This document shows, one piece after another, positions 9,029-17,938 of a DNA stretch of 32,000 nucleotides (its first letter is position 1; the number at the start of each line of letters is the position of its first letter). The DNA is from Acaryochloris marina S15. Lineage in GTDB: Bacteria > Cyanobacteriota > Cyanobacteriia > Thermosynechococcales > Thermosynechococcaceae. The position numbers and the translations under genes are program-made. The notes under the pieces were generated by a model. The model searched no databases and was not told the origin of the DNA. It saw only the letters and a program-made list of their open reading frames with translations. Location of the stretch: contig NZ_CP064923.1 in assembly GCF_018336915.1 (NCBI RefSeq), positions 3,720,001-3,752,000 on the forward strand, in the 5' to 3' direction.

Positions 9029-10514
9029 GGGCGTATTTAGCGGATCGGGGATGCCTTAGTTTTCGGAATGGTCACCTCTGGGAATAAGGAGTCAAACCGT
9101 TCATTGACCCAGGCAATTCTCAAGATCAGTAAATGGTTGAAACCATCCTCACTCCAGCGCATGCCAACTCCCTTAAAGCGCTGCTGAATCAACCACTTGC
9201 ATGCACTTTCAACCATTCCTGACCCGAGAGGAATCTGTTGCTGTTCAAAGTGCCGATAACGGATGTGGTTATGATGGCGTTGGAAATAAGCCTGCACCTG
9301 GAGCAACGTTGAAAAAGACTTTCCCGTTAACAGTTGTGAGTGAATCAATATCGTCAAGGACCGTAATACAAGTAGGTGTTGCCCGTGTCGCAATTGGTGT
9401 CGCCAGTGCCGGAACCAGGCTTGGGCTTGAGCAGAGCGGGCATCTCCAAACATCGCTTTAGTTGCTCGTGCCAGATGGCCTGCTGAATGAAAAAAGTCGA
9501 GGACTGCCACAGCACAATGAGAGAACAAGGTGCGATAGACTCGCCAGAAGCCTCGTCCCCCATCACTGAGCCAGATGACTTTTGGAGCAGATTCAAAGTC
9601 TTGTTTGTGAGCTTCGAGTTGAAGTAAAGGGATGAACTGGTCGATATCGCCCAATACTGCCACCAGTCTTCGACGCAGTAATTGGGGGACCTCCTTTTTA
9701 GCTCGGGTAACCCGTGTTCCCAGGCGAGCTAAGATGGCGACTTTGACTTCTCGCCACTGGATTTTTCCCTTGGGTGAGTTCGGGGTGGGGCGAAAGGGGA
9801 CCATCACACCATCGGCGGCAATGGCCAAAGGTAGAGCAGATAACATCTCTGAAATCGCTTCACAAGGGGCCTGAGTCCCTGATGATTGAGCGTTGAGTTG
9901 AGCTTCTAATTCCTGCTGAGCTTTGTTACCCACGGATTGCACCCAGTTCCACAAACTGGATGGACTCACGGATAGACCACTCCACTGACCCAGCATCCAA
10001 CTGGCCAGTTCATAGGGCATGAACAGACTCAACAAGCAGCCCAGACGCACCAGTTCTTCGCTGCTGTGCTGATAGGGGGCAATCCCAATGGCTTGATCCA
10101 GGGGAGTCAACAGACTGCCTGGACATCCTTTGGGACAACGGCCCACCCGTCGCTTTCAAGAGATAGTGCCTACCAGTGTCTGCATCTGACGAGATTCCCA
10201 TCCCTTCGAATGTAAGCGGGTTCCGCAGGTAGTACATACAGGCCATACAAATACTGCTTTCGCGCGCCTTGAGAGTTCATCCTCCAGAAGACAGCGAGCT
10301 AGAAACAAGCCCATTTGCAGAACGATATAAACCATCTGACTCAGGCTGGTTGATACTTTGAGTGCTTCAGTTTGTTCTAGAAATTCGTCATGGGCTAGCA
10401 CGGTTAGCAATTGCGATGGTAGGGTCATGATAGTTTTTTGGTTCGGGTACAGGATCTATTGTCCTTGACCCGTTTTTCTTTGAGCCATGCATCCCCGATC
10501 CTTTGCTTACGCCC
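9029..10514 (-). mobile_element. ISKra4-like insertion sequence (1486 bp) with 26-bp IRs and a 9-bp target duplication
   Basis: The IR GGGCGTATTTAGCGGATCGGGGATGC (9029-9054) matches the reverse complement of 10489-10514 at 21/26 positions. A direct repeat CAGACTGAT flanks the element at 9020-9028 and 10515-10523. Confidence 0.8.
9037..10428 (-). pseudogene. ISKra4-family-like DDE transposase interrupted by one in-frame TGA
   Basis: ORFs 10156-10428 and 9037-10146 are in the same frame, separated only by a TGA at 10156-10158 (...GTIS*KRRVGRCPKGC...). The motifs LDFFHSAGHL and GSGMVESACKWLIQQRFKGVGMRWS resemble ISKra4 transposases. The family call is from memory. Confidence 0.7.
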
Positions 10515-10822
10515 CAGACTGATGCAGCCCAAGATAAATAGGGGAATAAGTAGACTTTTCACGAATTCGCTCAAAACCTCCAACCTCTTTAGGATGGACC
10601 ACTGTAATCTCCGTTTGAACCGAGTTTAAAATTGAATAAAAAGCAGTGCACATCACAGTATGGAATCGTTCGCTGTTGCCAAAATAAATATCAAATCAAT
10701 TAATTATTGCCTTGAGTACCTATACGTATCATGGCTGACTATTATTTTTTCGATAGCAGATTGTCATAGGGTGTTCTACCAAGGTCTCGATATCATCTAA
10801 GCACTACCGAGACCTACTTTAT

Positions 10823-11209
10823 TTAACGTTTAAGAAAAAACTCTGCTAGGGCATCATCAAATGCATTAGAGGCGAGTCCTGTCGTGTCATCAATGGAGTC
10901 ATTAAATAAAAGCTCTAGATCTCCAGCAAATTCTTCGTTGGGTACTCCTAAGGTATACATAGAATTTTGAGTAGTGATATATATGTGCATATCCTTAGCA
11001 AAAAATCCATCAATCCTTGAAGTTTTAATTTCTTGCCCTTGAGGATATTTAGGATGATTATAAATGTGACCTACTAAAGCAATCCCTTTCTTGACACACA
11101 CACAAGTCCAGTCTTCTAGTACAGAAGAACACAATGCTCGGCAATCTGATGCCGTCATGCTTGATGATAAATGATCTAGATAAAAATCAATCAATTCGTT
11201 AGAGGTCAT
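10823..11209 (-). CDS. hypothetical protein (128 aa from the ATG at 11209), in the AT-rich island
   Basis: This is the only long ORF here, and its composition looks coding (acidic C-terminus, no low-complexity runs). No family was recognised. The listed TTG at 11230 is less likely than the ATG at 11209. Confidence 0.45.
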   Translation of the reverse strand: MTSNELIDFYLDHLSSSMTASDCRALCSSVLEDWTCVCVKKGIALVGHIYNHPKYPQGQEIKTSRIDGFFAKDMHIYITTQNSMYTLGVPNEEFAGDLELLFNDSIDDTTGLASNAFDDALAEFFLKR

Positions 11210-11662
11210 GATGAATCCACACAAAAACAATCACAAAAGAGAAGAATAATACTCTTAAAAAGATTTTATTCTCTTAGATAATATTTTATTCATCTCGACA
11301 TAATGTCGAACTGAGTAATAATTCTGAACTAGGTTATATTGTCTAGCAAAGTAATAGTTTACATTTGTGTATTTTTGTGTATTTCTTAAAAACTAAGTAA
11401 TTATACTAATGTCATTAGAAAATCAAAAAAAGTGAGTTTATTTGGAGGAGTCTAATATATTGATATCTCCTTATAGCCCTTTGATAGTAATCATTTAAGG
11501 ATTATTTTCGCCAAGCAAAAGATACATGGAAGGATATATGAGCGTATAAATATTTTGAGTATTTTTACTGATTTAAGTCTTTTTTTGTCTCTGTTAAAAC
11601 TAGCTTTAGAGATATTTGTTGTACATTTATAGGTATCTTTAAAGTGAGTTAAACTTATTTGA

Positions 11663-11702
11663 TATTCTGAATAATGTATAAGCTTATACATTATTCAGAA
11701 TA
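11663..11702. repeat. 40-bp perfect loop-less palindrome centred on AAGCTT
   Basis: The sequence is TATTCTGAATAATGTATAAG|CTTATACATTATTCAGAATA. All 20 base pairs were checked pairwise from the centre between 11682 and 11683. The symmetry breaks at 11662/11703. Confidence 0.95.
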
Positions 11703-12605
11703 ATTCGCTCGGTAAAATAAGTATATTTAATGAGGTTTGCTAGCTCAATATGTGTCATCGTTGAGGTTATAGCTATTTCTTCGGAATAAGCCTAATGTAT
11801 CTTCGAAGATGCATGAATTTATATGCAAATAGTTGAAAAGATTGTCTCGGTGTTTTCTAGATAACTGAAATGCCCTGGCATACTGGATATAGAAAATGTT
11901 GTATATCTTTTGATGTCAGTTCTATTAGTCCGACAAACAGTTTTACCTAATTACTCTCAATAAACAGTTCTTAGGAGAACAAAATGATACCGTAGATTCC
12001 TCAAACAACATCCAATTTGTACTCTGTGTACTCTAATCTTGGAGATTATCCAGGAACTACATGCCAAAACTCAACTGTATCTGTTTTGGATTGGCTTCTT
12101 TGAAGTCGTAAATCATCATTGCCAACCTATTATCAGTGATGTCAAACGTGACTTTCCCTGGCAAAAGTCCTGCAAATCTATATTCTCTACCCTCGGCTAA
12201 CTGTCCAATATCTGGGGCAAGCTAGATCAGTGATAAGGAGCTATTGGTTTTACCTGGCTGTGCTTTCAGAAAATCGGGTGTTAAGTCTGGAACTAACAAA
12301 ATATGACCATCAGCGATGAATCATGGATAGCTTCAATGATTACCAAGGAAAAGTGGATCAGCGACGGAGGTAATGTTGATCTCAGCTAGTGTAGATCTAA
12401 TAAAAATCCAGGCTGTAGTTTTTATGCTGCATCATCGCCACATACTGAATTGAAGGGTGCCAAAGCTCAGTCTGATTTTCCTGACTCTCTACCTTTATGG
12501 AAAAGTAGGCGCGGTTTGATTTACCTTGGTTTGGACAATCATCCGACATTCAGCAGGTACTAACCATCAAGGGATAATTTTGAGGTTGTCTCTCAACGCA
12601 AGTCC

Positions 12606-14312
12606 ATGTATTCACCTCAAGAGATAGACGTTCAGGATATTGACCATCTCGGTATTATTGCCGGTATCGTCGATGAGATCGGCATTGTCGAAATAGTGGA
12701 TCGATTATTAGGTACTCACGAGCAAGAGAATGTTAGTTGTGGTCAAGTTGTCAAAGCCCTGATTCTAAATGGTATGGGCTTTTTGAGTGCTCCATTGTAC
12801 TTATTTAGTGAGTTTTTCGAAAGCAAAGCAACCGAGCACTTACTCGGTCAAGGTGTACTGCCAGAGCACCTCAACGATACCCGTATCGGTCGAGTCCTCG
12901 ACAAGCTCTATGCCTATGGTGTGACCCAGATATTTATCCATGTGGCAATGGCAGTCGTTCAGAAATTCGATGTAGCTCTAAGGTGTGCGCATCTAGATGC
13001 GACAAGCCTTAGTGTTGAGGGGCAATACTTAGATAAACCACAGGTTGAGGCGTCAGACGAATCCCCCTCTGCACCTGAGTCCCCCTCCCCTGCACTGGCT
13101 GAATCAGAGGAGCCGATACCCGTGAAAATCACCTACGGCTACTCACGGGACAATCGTCGTGATCTCAAGCAGTTTGTATTGAACCTACTGGTGAGTGGGG
13201 ACGGGGGTATTCCTTTATTTTTACAAGTGGGCAACGGTAATGATGCGGACAAAAGTACGTTTGTGCCTATCATCCATGAATTTAAGCAACAGTGGAGTCA
13301 GCAACAGCCAGAGGTGATTGTTGCTGATAGTGCCCTCTACAGTGCCGACAATCTGCAAGCATTAGGAAGTACATCTTGGATTAGCCGAGTTCCAGCAAGT
13401 TCAACGGCAGCCCAAGACTTATTACAAGGGCTGCCGGGTTCACAGTTTCACCCCAGTGCTCTCAACGGCTATAGCTTTGTCGAAGTATGTAGTACCTATG
13501 GAGAGATTCAACAACGGTGGCTGGTGGTTGAAAGTAAAGCTCGCAGAGACTCTGGACTCAAACAAGTGCAAAAGCGGATTGATCAGGCGTTTAGCCAAAA
13601 AACTACTGCACTTAAAACCCTCTGCAAACAGACCTTCTTGTGCCCTGCAGATGCTTTAGCTGCAGCCCAAGATTTTGGCAAAATCCTCAGGTATCACACC
13701 CTTGACGATCTCAAAATCCACAAAAAACCTCATTATTCAAAGGCTGGACGACCGACAAAAGCAACGGTTGTGACTCACTACACCTATTCTATTGAGGCTA
13801 CCTTAACCCTCAATGAGCCAGTCATCGAACGCTATCGGCGGCAAGCAGGTCGTTTCATCTTAGCCACCAATCTCTTGGAACAAGAGCAATGGAGCAATGA
13901 TGATATTCTGCGCGAGTATAAGAACCAGCAGGCGTGTGAAGGAGGCTTTCGCTTTATCAAAGATCCACTCTTCTTTGCCTCTAGTGTTTTCCTGAAGACA
14001 CCTCGGCGTATCGCTGCCTTAGCCATGATCATGGCCTTGTGTTTGATGGTCTACAGCTTAGGACAACGACAGTTAAGAAATGCACTAGAACAAGTACAAA
14101 CAACTCTCCCTAATCAGAAGGGGAAACAAACTATGAAACCTACGTTACGTTGGATTCTCCAATGCTTTCAGGCCGTCCATTTAGTTTGGCTTGATGGTGC
14201 CAAGCATCTCATCAAGCTCAACAGCAGGCAGCAACTTATCTTGCCGTTCCTTGGGAAGGGCTGTAAAAAATATTATCTGCTCTGCTATAGATCTACAGAT
14301 AAAGATCCGTGA
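12606..14312 (+). CDS. IS1634-family transposase, with a C-terminus altered by the IS630 insertion
   Basis: The N-terminal block DIDHLGIIAGIVDEIGIVEIVD..LG...VSCGQVVKALILNGMGF is typical of IS1634-group transposases. The last 8 codons (YRSTDKDP) are read from IS630 sequence. Confidence 0.85.
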   Translation: MYSPQEIDVQDIDHLGIIAGIVDEIGIVEIVDRLLGTHEQENVSCGQVVKALILNGMGFLSAPLYLFSEFFESKATEHLLGQGVLPEHLNDTRIGRVLDKLYAYGVTQIFIHVAMAVVQKFDVALRCAHLDATSLSVEGQYLDKPQVEASDESPSAPESPSPALAESEEPIPVKITYGYSRDNRRDLKQFVLNLLVSGDGGIPLFLQVGNGNDADKSTFVPIIHEFKQQWSQQQPEVIVADSALYSADNLQALGSTSWISRVPASSTAAQDLLQGLPGSQFHPSALNGYSFVEVCSTYGEIQQRWLVVESKARRDSGLKQVQKRIDQAFSQKTTALKTLCKQTFLCPADALAAAQDFGKILRYHTLDDLKIHKKPHYSKAGRPTKATVVTHYTYSIEATLTLNEPVIERYRRQAGRFILATNLLEQEQWSNDDILREYKNQQACEGGFRFIKDPLFFASSVFLKTPRRIAALAMIMALCLMVYSLGQRQLRNALEQVQTTLPNQKGKQTMKPTLRWILQCFQAVHLVWLDGAKHLIKLNSRQQLILPFLGKGCKKYYLLCYRSTDKDP

Positions 14313-15521
14313 TTAGCTAGGCAGCTTGTGTACCCAAGGTTTTGCAATATTTGCCCATTAAGACAGTAATTTCATTGGGAGTCTGACTAAAGTACAGTAG
14401 CCCCTCATCGACCTGCTGAACTAAGTCATCAAATTGCTTGAAGAACCGTAGGTGTGTGCTGCGTTTTTTGAGTTTCTTCCACAAGAATTCAATTGGGTTG
14501 AAGTCAGGAGAATATGTGGGTAATTGGAAAGGAGTAAGGCGAGCGGATTGCTGGTCAAAGAACTGCTTAGTTGCTTTACTGGTGTGATATCTAGCCCCGT
14601 CCTGAATGAGAATAATATGCTTGTGAGTCTGCTGGAGTACTTGAGTTAGAAAAGCAGTATACCCTTCAGAATTGAAGCGTCCCGTCTGACCTTGATAGAA
14701 GAACTGACCAGAATGATAATCAATTAATCCAAACACCTTGTAAGCCTTCCGTTTACCACTGGTGGGCAATGTTGGCTGGTCTCCACGAAGACTCCAGGTG
14801 TAGCTTAACGACCCCCACTGCGCAAAACTGGCCTCATCCCCAAATAAAATTAGGGCATCTTTGGCTGCTGATAAACGCAAAATCTCAGGCCATTTGTGTG
14901 TCATCCATTCTTGTCGCTTGGCTTCATTGAGATGAGCTGCAACAAACCGTGCTCTTTGAAATGAAAAGCCTAAGTTCCTCAGTAGAGTACTCACATAATG
15001 GGGATGATAGGAAACATTGAAGCGTTTCGCAATCAGGTCTTGAACCATTAATGCACTCCAACAACCACACTCGTATCCAGCTTTGAGCGGACCTGCTTTA
15101 ATCCATGACTTGAGCTGTTGTCGTTGCCGTGGAGTGAGTTTGCTGCGACGTCCTTGAGACGCTTTGTATCTAAAGCTAGCGATACCTCGTTTTAGAAATG
15201 CATGCAGATAATCCCTGATCGTTTGTTCGCCTAGTGCCAATGTTTCAGCTACCTGTGCCACTGAACCACCTTGACCAAGCTGCAATAAAGCACTAATACG
15301 TTTGACCAGACGTAAATTCTGACTCCCGTATGCCTGGCGCAGTTTAGCTTCAATCTTTTTGCGTGTTGATTGGGTAAAGCGCAGTTTGAATTGTGCGAGC
15401 ATACTGGATGACCTCTGATAATCTTGAAATCCTTGCCAGAGCTAAGAGTATCAGGAGCTAGTTACTATATTTAATGAAGATGTAGTGTCGCTAAAACCAC
15501 GGATGCTTTTCTGAAGATCTA
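14288..15521 (-). mobile_element. IS630-family insertion sequence (1234 bp) with a TA target duplication
   Basis: The IR TAGATCTACAGATAAAGATCCGTG (14288-) matches the reverse complement of the right end (TAGATCTTCAGAAAAGCATCCGTG) at about 20/24 positions. TA is present at 14286-14287 and 15522-15523, as expected for IS630/Tc1-mariner elements. Confidence 0.85.
14317..15402 (-). CDS. IS630-family transposase (HTH plus DDE_3)
   Basis: It has N-terminal HTH regions and the DDE region LFGDEASF...ILIQDGARYHTS...YSPDFNPIEFLWKKLK. Confidence 0.9.
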   Translation of the reverse strand: MLAQFKLRFTQSTRKKIEAKLRQAYGSQNLRLVKRISALLQLGQGGSVAQVAETLALGEQTIRDYLHAFLKRGIASFRYKASQGRRSKLTPRQRQQLKSWIKAGPLKAGYECGCWSALMVQDLIAKRFNVSYHPHYVSTLLRNLGFSFQRARFVAAHLNEAKRQEWMTHKWPEILRLSAAKDALILFGDEASFAQWGSLSYTWSLRGDQPTLPTSGKRKAYKVFGLIDYHSGQFFYQGQTGRFNSEGYTAFLTQVLQQTHKHIILIQDGARYHTSKATKQFFDQQSARLTPFQLPTYSPDFNPIEFLWKKLKKRSTHLRFFKQFDDLVQQVDEGLLYFSQTPNEITVLMGKYCKTLGTQAA

Positions 15522-15852
15522 TAGCTAGCCTGCTGAATGTAGGATCATTAGACCTCTTGTGTAATTGATCACAAGATTATGAATGGAGTCTCAAATATAT
15601 AGACAGAATTGGCCCAGTTTATGAGCCAATGGCATATCGTGAAATGAATATTGCAAGAGGTCTAGTAGTTCTTCGTCTAATGCATTTAAATTGATAGCCA
15701 TGTTCTGGACATCGGTATCAAACTGAAGCTGGATACCGATGGGAGGCAGAATGCTACAAATCTAGGACTCCAAACCTTTTGAGACCTATTAACAGTTAGA
15801 GTATTGAGGCATGACCTATAGGCTACAAGGGCGTGAGATGTTTTAAAGATCC

Positions 15853-15908
15853 GTTCTAGTTACTTCATCCCAGACTATAAATGTAGCCTGGGATGAAGTA
15901 ATTAGAAC
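15853..15908. repeat. long hairpin / inverted repeat (21-bp arms with one mismatch, 14-nt loop)
   Basis: GTTCTAGTTACTTCATCCCAG (15853-15873) pairs with CTGGGATGAAGTAATTAGAAC (15888-15908). The inner 14 bp are perfect. Confidence 0.85.
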
Positions 15909-16058
15909 CCTATCTAAAGCAATATTGCAGCCGATATCACTGAGAGCCATTGCCTCAAGTTTTTGATGCTACCTCTAATCCAGAAAGTCATTCCAAGGCT
16001 CAAGAAGATGTCTCACAGCCTTAAATAATTAGCAGCTGTAACTCTAAGAGAGATTCGT

Positions 16059-16571
16059 TTAGCTATGAACGGGCTGAATTGAGCGTTCAGCAACTTTTTG
16101 AGTCGCTGCATATAGTTCACGGATTTGTTCTTCGGAAGAGTAAAGTCTTCGGTCTCGTAAGATGCTGAATGCCTTAGCATCCTCTTGGGCAATCTTCGAA
16201 TCAAGAAAATATGCCATATCTTCTCTACCGGGTTTCCCCCATTCCAGAACTGCCCAGCGAATCAAGCCTTTAAAAATGTCATGATCCCAGGCAAAGGGCA
16301 CATGACGGTGAAGATTCGCTTGTTGATGTAATAACTCTGAATAATGCTTGACGAGAGATGGATCATCAGAGCTCATCGTATTTTTGTAGTTCGCAAACAT
16401 TTGAGCATCTTCTTGAGCGGTTTCTTCATTTACAAAATAAGCAACATCTCTTCTGGGGGGTAAGGCCTGTGGCCCTCCAAATTTTTCGCCAAGGCTAGAA
16501 CACTCTACCACTAGCCAATGAATAGGTGGGTGCGCAACTTTGTGGTCCCACTCTAACGCGACGTATACCAT
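16059..16571 (-). CDS. hypothetical protein built from two tandem copies of an about 60-aa unit
   Basis: Residues 7-62 and 94-138 align: E/AWDH..(8)..W.V.E ... R.D.AYF......AQEDA..F. It has an ATG start and is the only long ORF in the region. No family was recognised. Confidence 0.6.
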   Translation of the reverse strand: MVYVALEWDHKVAHPPIHWLVVECSSLGEKFGGPQALPPRRDVAYFVNEETAQEDAQMFANYKNTMSSDDPSLVKHYSELLHQQANLHRHVPFAWDHDIFKGLIRWAVLEWGKPGREDMAYFLDSKIAQEDAKAFSILRDRRLYSSEEQIRELYAATQKVAERSIQPVHS

Positions 16572-17718
16572 AATTTCTTACCCTAACTGATTATTCATAG
16601 AGAACAATTTCAGGTTTAAACTATCAATATCTCAGAAAAAATACAACTGGAAAATATTTACTATAATCCTGCTTAAGTTATTGCCATTACTGAATAAAAG
16701 TAGCTAAAAATACAAAAACTTTGTTACAAAAAAGACAACGAAATATTTACTGTAAAATATTTAATATAAAACCATATATTTCTCTTTTGATAATTAAATA
16801 TCTCTATCTCTAGCGACCCAATCTATTGATATTGAGCGAATAGTGAATGTATCGATTTACATCTTCTCAACAATGATCAGTGAGGTGGGAAAGAGCCCAA
16901 AACCTAAAAGCCATAAACTCTGTGTAAGCTGGGTTGAGCTTGCACAGTGGAGGACTATGGCCCAACTTATGACTAAAGAAATAGATTTCTGATTCTAAGG
17001 GACACTTGGAAGGAATTAATTGATAGATGAGACTCGCAGTTGAACGTTTTTCAATATTGACTGCAGCAAAGAATGAATGTTCTAGCTTCAAAAAAGATGA
17101 TTTGAAACGGTAATCGATTGATTTGGAGTACTTGCAGCTGTTTATATAAAACATCATTTTTCTCTATCGATTGAATGGATGGGGTGCATTCAGCTAGTCG
17201 ACATTTACTGCTTCTAAGGCAAAATAAAATCCGAACATGAAACAAATAGTCCAAACGCTCATGATTTGAGTAAATACGAATGCCAGCATAGTTGGTTATC
17301 CTTTTCTTTCTGCGGAAGTTGTGGGTTGGTTCTGCACTGCTGTGCTTTGTTGAATTCACTATCCTCTAAATTTTCAGCAGAAAAAATCCTGAAAAGTTCA
17401 GATTCTTTCAGGTATGAGTTCAGGTATTGATATGGGCAATTAGCTGACTGATGCCTTGTTGGCAGGGTTTGCCCTTTTTTGAAGACAGTGGATATCTTCG
17501 AAGAACACTCGAATTGCCTATCTGATAACTGCCATTGTGTTGCCTAGGACAGATTTAGCTGCCATGAAACGTTGATGAGATCGCAAACCCATCCAAACCG
17601 TTGACTAAAACCATCATTCTCTAGAAACATAAACACTTCTCCGTCTTCAGACAGCCTCGCATAGAGCCAACTCTTCATCCGACTCACAATCAACAAAGAT
17701 AGATGCAACCAAAGTCAT

Positions 17719-17852
17719 GTTTAACGGGGGTATCAATACAGATAAATTCTCGCCCCCCTGACGTAAATGAGGCTTGTTCTATTTTGTCGTTTTTCTAACC
17801 CTCAGAATAGAAGGTTGCTTTCTGAACGTCTGAATTGAGGAAAAGGCTAGAA
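17719..17852 (-). repeat. attC-like junction element C (downstream of the Uma2 gene)
   Basis: On the plus strand it reads TTAACGG 17721-17727, GGTTG 17813-17817, CTGAACGT 17822-17829 and GGCTAGAA 17845-17852. In the gene direction it ends CCGTTAAAC, which fits GTTRRRY. An internal hairpin pairs GGGGG 17726-17730 with the C-run at 17753-17758. Confidence 0.4.
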
Positions 17853-17938
17853 GTTCATTGCTTCTGCTGCAATGCAAACATCAGGTGTGTGCGGATGTGA
17901 CTTGCCATCAGTTTATTCCTGGCTGACAACTTCAATCC

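Larger units (their letters stand above)
12537..15549 (+). mobile_element. IS1634-family (IS4-related) insertion sequence carrying a nested IS630 element
   Basis: The terminal IR AATCATCCGACATTCAGCAGG (12537-12557) matches the reverse complement of 15529-15549 (AATGATCCTACATTCAGCAGG) at 19/21 positions. It is about 1777 bp once the nested element is removed. No convincing TSD was found. Confidence 0.75.

Noticed and set aside
10156-10158. The in-frame TGA in the ISKra4-like transposase as selenocysteine or programmed readthrough
   Set aside because: No SECIS-like hairpin was noticed downstream, and a transposase is an implausible selenoprotein. A simple nonsense mutation is more parsimonious.
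171-10246. Short overlapping ORFs inside uppP, the oxidoreductase gene, map, the C11 peptidase gene, maf and the transposases (for example 171-356, 641-865, 1302-1838, 2135-2407, 3849-4061, 5453-5890, 8313-8525, 9201-9874, 10010-10246)
   Set aside because: These are alternate-frame or antisense shadows of well-supported genes and have no independent evidence.
10822-10828. GTTAAAT (minus strand) at the end of the 128-aa ORF as an attC R-prime box
   Set aside because: It overlaps the stop codon itself, has no partner box or palindrome nearby, and contains TAA by necessity. It is probably coincidence.
11365-11384. Perfect 10-bp tandem duplication TTGTGTATTT x2, and the 15-bp direct repeats AAATATTTACT[A/G]TAA at 16652-16666 and 16741-16755
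   Set aside because: These are short repeats in very AT-rich DNA, so they are easily due to chance or slippage. Possible promoter elements (TATAAT at 16662-16667) cannot be tied to a gene with confidence.
11491-11691. 66-aa Lys/Ile-rich ORF starting inside the 40-bp palindrome
   Set aside because: It has low-complexity AT-driven composition, and its start codon is a by-product of the palindrome.
12531-15555. Target-site duplication for the IS1634-family element
   Set aside because: The flanks (TTGGAC on the left, AGACCT on the right) share no adjacent direct repeat that I can align, so none is claimed.
16867-17359. Two overlapping minus-strand ORFs (102 and 96 aa) considered as an HNH-like or frameshifted gene
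   Set aside because: No catalytic motif could be aligned and the composition looks non-coding. They are kept only as a possible decayed cassette in the findings, not as a feature.
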